A stretch of DNA of 59,329 bases, filler included, from Circinaria calcarea (taxonomy: Eukaryota): NCBI GenBank assembly GCA_051942165.1. It is 5 parts of 5 records of this genome, joined end to end, with 100 filler letters (N's around TTAATTAATTAA, not from the genome) between each part and the next. Parts side by side here need not be neighbours in the genome. Positions count along the whole stretch, not along the records: positions 47,558 to 59,329 come from JAVECS010000646.1; 4 more parts are not named here. One strand, 5' to 3'. Position 1 is the first letter of the stretch, and the number at the start of each line of letters is the position of its first letter. The position numbers were made by a program, and so were the translations under genes. Shown here piece after piece: positions 51,230 to 59,329 of this stretch. The notes below the pieces were generated by a model. That model saw nothing but the letters and a program-made list of their open reading frames with translations. It searched no databases and was not told the DNA's origin.

Positions 51230-53180
51230 AAGCTTATAGGATACTTGGACCGTAAAGTCTGGAGTTGTAGTATCATTTTTTCCTATTAACTGAGAACAGC
51301 CATTTTTCAACGTGCTTTGTGCTGAGCGATCCGAAAAGTATAGCTACCTTAAGCTGGATGATCTACCATAATTTGCATATGTCAGTTGATAAGGTGGACC
51401 TGAAGGGCAGCGTCATGAATCTAATCTTGACATTCGGATAGCCGAAAGATCACGAGTCCGGACTTCTGGCTTAGATACGAGATCTGCCTCCAAAGCCGGT
51501 CTGGCAATGTTCCTCTCCACTTAACAGATCTTTCCCTCCATCATTCTATTTGATCCTCCTCGCCTTTTGCAGTGCACATGTTTCGTACCTTAGGCCGTGC
51601 GAAGCAAACCTGGCCGTAAGGCTGACAGCCATTCCAGGGACCCTCTCTCCGTCGTCTTGCCCGAACTTCCTGTCATCACTATCACCTCCCATGATAGCTT
51701 GAATTAGACTGTTGGGACTTGAGGTAGGAGATGTGTTCTGGGTAAGAAACCTGGCACCTTGCTAAATGAAATCTGCTAAATTGTCTAAAGGAGATTTTAT
51801 TGTCAATGCTCATATTGCCGTCATCCGTATCTTCAAACTCATCAAACTCTCCGGGAACCTCTGCTCGGTCCGGTAGGATAATACCTTGTTCTCCAAGTAT
51901 TCCAGGAGGGCGTTTTTCAAAAGGTTCTGCACTGGATTATCGTTGGTCTTTAGGTCCTTCTCGACCTATTTCAAGACCCTTTGTACCGTAGTAATAAGTG
52001 GGCTTTGCTTTGGTCTCTGACGTTTAAAGAAACAGACTTGGGAGCGTGCTGCTAGTATACGTCCTGGGCGAAGTCCGAATTCACAGGATAATCAATGACT
52101 CGAATCCTGCAATGCTGCTCGGGTAACTCGGATATGCACGTCTTGAGCGTACTGTAAACGTTTTATCTCTCGTTTTTATTTGAAGACTCCCCGAGTGGGT
52201 GGTCCATCATGGCAATGAAGCACCTCGATCGTCTCTTCCTTGAGATCTGTCGAACCATCTCAATATCCTCTTCCGTCTAGCACGACATTAGCTTACTAGT
52301 TTGCGGTCTTCTTAGACTAACTTACGTTCTTGAGCACCAGCGGTTGGAAGCCTTGTTTAGGAGGAATGAAAGCCATTGACCCTCCATATGGGGTGGCTTT
52401 TTCTGTCTTGACCGACCTAGAAGGTTGTGTTCGACAATTGATTGCGTGTTTTCCCCACCTTCCTATGTTTCAACCTTGTCATAAGAAGGATTGTAGGGAA
52501 AAGCCTTTTGGCACGATAGGTAAATACGGCTACTCGGTTCTAGAGGACCGCTGTTTCTTTAAAGAGCTTATTCTTAATATGATTGGAAAAACTCGCAAGG
52601 AGTCATATATACTTTGTAATATCCCATCATCTAACGGAATAACATAAAATAGGGGTTCGAACTACAAAATGGTTCATGCTGGGATATAAAGTGTTAGATA
52701 AGAGAGACTGGATTGGTATAATGATAAATACATCACTCGTATTGGTTTTGTAAAAGCAAACTGATTATTTTAGAGTTTAAATCATGTACAGCTATCTCTG
52801 TCGGAATGGAGATTGTCTTAGTATTTTCATCGCCAAGTAAGCACACTCTGCTGGCGCATGCGCGGAAGCACCCTGGCCATGAGATCAAGCTGCTAGACTT
52901 AGTAAAATTTCGATAGCTTGATATCTGGATTGGAAGTACAGCGGATCAAGTAGATTGCCGCAAATGATTTGATTCACATGGCTTTGAGACTGATTCATGT
53001 TATCTGGACGGTCTCGACTATTTCGACACTGTCAGGGTGTAAAGCCTGCTATTCGTATTCAATGCTAAAAGCGTGTGTGTAAACGTGTAATTGAAGCTAT
53101 TTACGAAGTGTGCAGGCCAACAAGTAGGTCGCCGGAGCCTAGTAAACCCGCTCCGGCCGCCTGGCAGCGCAGGGCTACGT

Positions 53181-53547
53181 TGTAAGGGCGCTGCAATCCT
53201 TGGGGCCTATTGAGGAATATGATAAGTCCCGATTGGTAATAGCACGATTACATAGGGCGTAGTTGAACTGTTGCCCTAGGCTCAATACATAAAGAATGTA
53301 TTGAACTCGTTATGGTTCTATAAACATGCTATTCTAATGAGCGACGAACAGCCTGTTTATATAATCTCCTGAGCAACCTGAGCACCCTGAGCATTCCCCT
53401 GCTCACTCCGCTCACCTTGCTCACCCGAGCACCCTGAGCACCGTGAGCACTGTCCCGCTCACTCTGCTCACTCTGCTCCATCACGTGTGGTGAACCCGCT
53501 AGTCCTTTCTTGGCTTCGGACCCTGAGTATGGCGTGGCGCCATAACA
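53181..53547 (-). mobile_element. Probable solo LTR (Ty3/gypsy-like)
   Basis: On the minus strand it begins TGTTATGG and ends CCCTTACA (TG..CA with imperfect terminal inverted repeat). Internal repeat array, then TATATAAA (53363-53356) and CAATACA. No target-site duplication is visible. Confidence 0.55.
53368..53480. repeat. Ordered 9-bp-period array of GAGCA/GCTCA motifs in alternating orientation
   Basis: GAGCA at 53371, 53380, 53389; GCTCAC at 53401, 53410, 53419; GAGCAC at 53427, 53436, 53445; GCTC at 53457, 53466, 53475. Confidence 0.9.
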
Positions 53548-54363
53548 AGGGGTGCCCAGTGGGCCAAACACTCTTTATATTATAATAAACTACCACGTGG
53601 CATAAAGGTGGGCGGCGTTTATATATATATGTGAGGCCGTAGAGTACTTTACTTGAAAAGTGTTTAAAGTTAAGGTATGTGGTAATGTGAGGCACGAGTA
53701 ATACGACGGCTATACGTAGTATGCGCGAGAACTAATTATTATAGGAGAAGAAATGTGCGAGTGAAAGGTTTTTACTATACGCTGTGACCCTATGGAGAGA
53801 GAGTGCCTGTTCTATGGAGGGTAACTTGATTGGTTGGGTGTGTGCTAAATCTAAGTGGTGGGGGGAAAGTGTTAGGGTGCAGCCAATTCACAAAGATAGC
53901 AGGCCTAGAACCAAAGCAATTTGTGGGCTATGTAAACCTAGAATAACATAAGGATTAAAGGTGCCTGGGACACGCGAATATAAGCAACCCGCCAAGGCTC
54001 GCTAACGCTAAACCACGCTAGACCTAATCCGTCACCTTATCACCACGGTGTTGCACTCGTATGTTATAGCCATAACAGAAAGACTAAATAGTGCAGGTGC
54101 TGACTAAGTTCCACAACGCCAAAACGCCATCTAAGCGACGTATTGCCACCCCCTAACCGTAGGGCCTGATAATATATTAGGCCACAGTGGCAGGCTACCG
54201 GGCATTTATCAAAAAAAAAAATTGGAAGCTTATAGTATTTAACGACAGATATTACAGCTTAATTTTATTTTAAAAAAAAGTGTGCCAAAATATTTAGCTT
54301 TCTATACCAGAAGAGCTAAAATCGCGCGATGAGGTTTTATTTACCGGACAGCTTATAATATTA

Positions 54364-57300
54364 TTAAAACATAGGATCTTCTTCATCGTCTGGCGCCAGC
54401 TGAATGGCCGCTTTTATCCCAGCCTTGAAGCCAAAACCCACATACTTGAAGCTCTCGAAGGACGGCCTAATGAGGTATAATCCTGCGTTCAAACCCTCTT
54501 TACCCATCAAGCAATGCAACCCGCACCACATGTAGTACCACCCCGCCTCGGTTACCTTCACACCGTCCATGTCTGTCGCCCCAACCTTAAAAAACTTCTT
54601 ATATGCGTCTTGATAATACTCTCAACTCGAAGACCCGACCCAATTCGACGATCTGCTGCGTATCGACTTCCTTGATTGCAGCGTCTATAGTCTTTTATAA
54701 TATCTCGAGCGCCGTGGGAGTTAGATGCATATCCTTCTCGTCGGTGTCCCATAGCTTTCGATACCGTAATGATGGGCTCCGTTTGATGAAGACTTTGGAC
54801 CAAACTTCTAGAATCTTCTGTGAAGAGTGGTGAAGAGGACTGGCAGAGATACTTTGATCAAAAGATTGGGAGAATCTTTCGATCCGTAGTCGATCCGGCA
54901 AGTAGATGCTTTCACCATGTATAGATAATATTGATTGAAATTGTCCATGAAAATACACTGTAATACCCCATAATATACCGATTTGATAAATCATAGTATG
55001 GTAAACCGGATAGGCTCTGGAGCTTTGTGGGTTCCGTAAGAAGTTTGCGGACGAGCTTGTCTGTCGCCTACTGTGGTCTGGTTTTGTTGGAAGAATCTCT
55101 TTCTTTGGACGGAGCTATCTCTGTCTTTGTCTTCTTTATACTTTGTCGTCGCTGCTAAAAGTCTTGCGCGACGCTTTTCGATTCTTTCTTCCGACCAACT
55201 AGGTGTACACAAGAAGCGTAGAGGGCTGATTAATTCCGTTCAGTTAATCCAGAGCTTAACTACCTCCCTTTCCGAAAGTATATGGCTTCTAGTTGGAGTA
55301 ACCGTCTAATGATAGTTGCCACTTGAACGGTTATGGACTATAGTGAGTGCGGTATCCGGGCAGCAATCATTCGCTACGGGCCAAGTCGTGGCTGAATGCT
55401 AGGCACGACGCATGACAACCTGAGTCTCCCCGGGTTGAGTATTTCGTAAAATGGATCTTTGCCTTTTCTCGACTGTAACGCTTTCCTCGGGCGGTAATGG
55501 GATTCAGGTCGTCTAGTCTTTCTTGCCCGTGAGTACCGTTGCCCAGGTACTCATGCCGTGGTAGTCATGTTATGATAGTGTCACCGCACCCACGCTGCCC
55601 TTAGCAAAAAGAACCTAGTACAGTTTACTATATCAGCTGCACTAATGGTCTTGGGTTTTGACCTTGCCAACGCTCTTCCTTTCTCGGTTTTCCTGGCGTT
55701 GGACGCCGTGCCGCTCTATATCTTTCCCGTAGTATGTGTAATGCCATTTCATATCGGCATAATCAACCCAACTCCACTCCTTGGTCCGTCCTTTTTGTTT
55801 TCATCATCTCAAATAGTTTCTCCCCTTCAGCTTGCTCATCTAGGGTCTCCCACCCCTAACGGGGCAAGATTTGTGCTCGATCGAGCAAGGATCCTCGGTA
55901 ACTCTTGTAGCCCACCGTCCCCGGCTTGACAACTTTCTTATCCATAGTGACGTTCAAAACCCTTCGCATGATAGCCGCTTCGCTATTAAATAATCCGAGA
56001 ACCACTCTTCTGGGGTTAATATCCGCCTTTACTTCACCTATAATGACTCCGCGCTCCATTCTTGCCTTTCTCAGAAATTCGTAGGCTGTCATTTGCCCAT
56101 GGTATACAACTCGTCAGCTGAAAGCTATGCTGGGGTAATCAGAGAAGAAGCATAAACCAAAAGGCTTACCCAAGCAGCTTTAGACATCCCATGAACGAAA
56201 AGCAATAATAGCCGCCTTTTCAATTAATAAGTTTCGAGCAGGCATTGTACGGAGAAATACAGCCCTGTCTGGGATTTTACCTTAAATCCCGGAATTCATA
56301 AACCGATAAGTGGCCGGATTATAGGTACGGAACTTTGAGTATGTCAAGACTTTTTTGCAAAACTATCCAGCACCCACGGAGCTTTAGCCTGTCTGGCGAG
56401 CTAGGAGCATCGGTGTTCGTCAGGGATGTCGTCGTCTGACATACAGTTCTGTGCGTTTATTAATTACCCACTTTGCCGGCAAAAGCATCCCGTTCTGCCT
56501 GCAAAGTATTGGTCGAATGTGTAATCGATGACATCAGCTGTGAGATTTCTTCCACTAGGCTGCGAAGCCTTCGGATTCGCTATACGTAACCAGGTCTTTC
56601 GTCAGCGCCATTCTTGGCTCAGAGGCTTGCACAGCCCCCGTTGCTATTGGGGTCCCTCGGCGAATCAATCCTGCCCATTGTAATGCCTTCTCCTGCTCCA
56701 AATCTGCGATTATATAGATCTTTTCGTTTGGTAGAGATATAAGGAATCGCAATTTCCTTTCATCATCCGTGGGCTGAAACTCTGACGCAAAGGTCTTGAA
56801 TTTGGTAGATTTGACCTAGGAAGTTGTGGGTAGAAGAGCAAATTTAGGGCTGAACCATTTTATATTACTCCGCCTTATTAGGCTCCTCACCTACGATACC
56901 CAGCATCGCCAAGACATTGATCGCTAGCCTAGGGGCGAGACCCATTAGACCAATTGGTTATGTCTAATTCATCGAAGGTATCGAAGATCGCTGCAGTTTT
57001 ATCCTTGGGAAAGGACGAAAATAAACGGTTTATTGATGGTAGGCGCTGCATGGTTTACCTCTTTGTTTTCGAGAAGTTTCTCCATACTTTTCAAGTAGCC
57101 CAATGTTTTATCTTATCGAGCTCAGGGGAGCGTAGCATTGCGAAAAGGCGAATGTATTCTCAACACCTCAAAAGTTAGTCCCTGGTCTGTGTCCACTCGA
57201 GACACCTATACCGAAACCTCCGACATATCCACCGAATGCGCATATATGGTTGGCGGCACCGGATCAGGATCTCCAACGAGCCTAATCGCGTTTTGTTTTC

Positions 57301-59074
57301 ATAGGTATTTCCGTTTATCTCCCGTCGAACACTTTAGGATTTCGCTATTCGTTTTGTATTTAAACCACACAGACTTCATGCGCGATTTAATCGAGGTCAT
57401 GTTTAGGCCACCACCTTAGTATCATTTTCGCTACCGATGTTGAGTTTCAGGTACTGATAGCTGATTTCCTAACGAGCCCTTCATTTGGTAGCTCCAATAG
57501 AAGGGCCTTAACCCGTGAGGCACTATGATGTACTTTCCTTGGCCGTCAATTCTGGGATCGCCGCAAGCCATCATGCCTATCGCGCGGAGCATCCAAATAA
57601 GTCAGGGTAGATGATAAGCCACTTGATCAACTGATATACCCAATATCGGAAACTTATATCGAAGGTAGCGGATGTGCATTCTTCCATCATTCCTTCCGCA
57701 TTAGTTAAGGGGGCTGGTTCGGCGAAGGTATTTCTGATAATACTCTGGACGTGTACCTTGGTGTGTACTCGAATAGCAACTCCGCCGGACAGTATACTAC
57801 TTGCTTCATGACTTCGGTATTCATGCCGTGCACGACTAGAGTGTCAAAGTGGTAGATGTTGTTTATATTCTATCTTCCAACGTTACGCCTTTGTATTCAG
57901 ACTGCGTCAATGTCCACCCTTCTAGCATGTCCTAATCTTTTTAAGGAAACCCTCAATCGCCTGCTGTCCCATCGAAGGAACATCACGTAGACAAAATAAC
58001 TGATCTTATGGCAGCAAACCGGAGCGAGCTTGCGTTCCGTCTAGATCTTCGTTAGAATGTTAAAGGTGAACTAGATACGCCCAAGTATATAAGTCTTGGG
58101 TTTTCCCATTTGGTGACGATAGTGCTTATTAATCTTGTCTCATTGTTTTATCGGAGAACTGCGAATTACCATTGCGCCCTGGAAGACCGATATAGCTGGT
58201 ATGGAAATTCAGGCAGTTGTCAATCCGATAGCTTGGAACAAGGGAATAGTTAAGCGCCTATGAAATGTTCGAGCAATAGAAATAGGAACAGCAATTTGAA
58301 AGGCTAGTACTATATGAGAATATCATGAAAACATACGGCATATAGCCTGAAGGCAATGCGTGACATATTTGCTCTCTTCTATTCAACCCGGTGAACTTCC
58401 CCACCCAATTAATGGGCGCAACCTGAAATCATATATATTGACATTCTAGCCAGATAGAAAGACATGTCTTCTAGATTAGTAGATATCCGTAGGAAGATGA
58501 CGAGCAACATCGAGGTCCCAATATAAGGCTTCCCAAAGACAAGGTGGTTGTGAGCAGTACATTGGTAATCAAAAGAAAAGAATTAATGCAAATCTAACGG
58601 GAAAATGTTTTCCGCTGTTGTCCAAGATCCATGGAAAGCCAGTGACCATCGGTTTCAGCCTTGCGAAGATCGAAGCTAATGTCGTCAACAGATTGGCAAT
58701 GCCGAAATTGACATTATAGAAAGTACAGGAGAAGTGGCGAGACCTGTTTTCCTCCGCGAAGGCCGATTCGTTCTGTAAAAAGATTCAGGGAAATGAGGCA
58801 CGAGCTTATGGCAAGCAGGTTTCACACCGTTGTTCATCATTTGACGGCAGCCTTGACAAAGCTTCCGAAGCTTTTCCGGAGACCTGGTGACGGCCTGCAT
58901 TAGGCTTAGGAGAATAAAGGGATATGTCATACCTTTGGCAGATGGGTCAAGTACAGCGCATGCTGCCTTGTGATGCAGTAGTTTTGATGCAGTGTCTGCT
59001 TTGGGTGGCCCGTAACCGGATAGGGTGCCTCGTAGCAGGGCAGTTGTGAGACAGCCGTCAGAGGCCGAGGACAT
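54364..59074 (-). pseudogene. Run of degraded, unidentified minus-strand coding remnants
   Basis: Short co-oriented protein-like ORFs (54364-54570, 54695-54994, 54991-55212, 55856-56092, 56555-56752, 58685-59074). Several continue as protein-like text across stops, e.g. ..PTALEIL*KTIDAAIKEVDTQQIVELGRVFELRVL. No family recognised. Confidence 0.4.
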
Positions 59075-59329
59075 CTCGGCTATTGAGCGCGGTTACGGCC
59101 AACCGATCCGGCTATTCCCGCTGCAGCGCTAGTCGGTTATTTTTACAGCTAATGTACGCGCTCCCTGATCTCCATTTGCCTACGATGGGAGGCCGCCTTG
59201 GATCACAGCCATTAGCCCGATTGCTGATAGTTCGGTCCTTATGCCGATTAGTCAATACGAAGAGCTGGGCTCACACCACTAGCCAGTTGCATGCAGCTCC
59301 ATAGCTCCCCTGGTAGTAAACAACGATAC

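Noticed and set aside
53368..53480. CRISPR-like array
   Set aside because: 9-bp period, no unique spacers, eukaryotic context and no cas genes.
54558..54803. MGH..Y motif as a Starship (DUF3435) recombinase catalytic remnant
   Set aside because: Only a 3-4 residue match, in a frame overlapping a more protein-like frame; other catalytic motifs are absent.

Overview
Eukaryotic, intron-containing DNA from a filamentous ascomycete (Pezizomycotina-type GT..CTAAC..AG introns and gene families). The window is not one locus. It is five unrelated contigs of 11797, 11791, 11787, 11782 and 11772 bp, sorted by decreasing length and joined by identical artificial 100-bp spacers (44 N + TTAATTAATTAA + 44 N), so adjacency across spacers is meaningless. 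Contig 1: conserved membrane protein (3' truncated), small membrane protein, cytochrome P450 pseudogene, SET-domain methyltransferase. Contig 2: Siw14/OCA-type phosphatase, TatD nuclease, NADP-glutamate dehydrogenase, aldo-keto reductase, conserved hypothetical protein preceded by a 58-codon uORF. Contig 3: hypothetical protein, dihydrofolate synthetase, SepH/Cdc15 kinase, DUF1761-like membrane protein (missed by the ORF track). Contig 4: EVE-domain protein with an apparently premature TAG, N-terminal methyltransferase, aldehyde dehydrogenase, Spt5, hypothetical protein. Contig 5 is a decaying accessory region: partial proline iminopeptidase, SesB-like hydrolase relic, folylpolyglutamate synthase pseudogene, a probable solo LTR containing an ordered 3+3+3+3 inverted repeat array, and several kb of unidentifiable degraded ORFs. 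I found no convincing novel multi-gene system. The best leads are the EVE stop codon, the uORF, the LTR array and the unidentified decayed ORFs.
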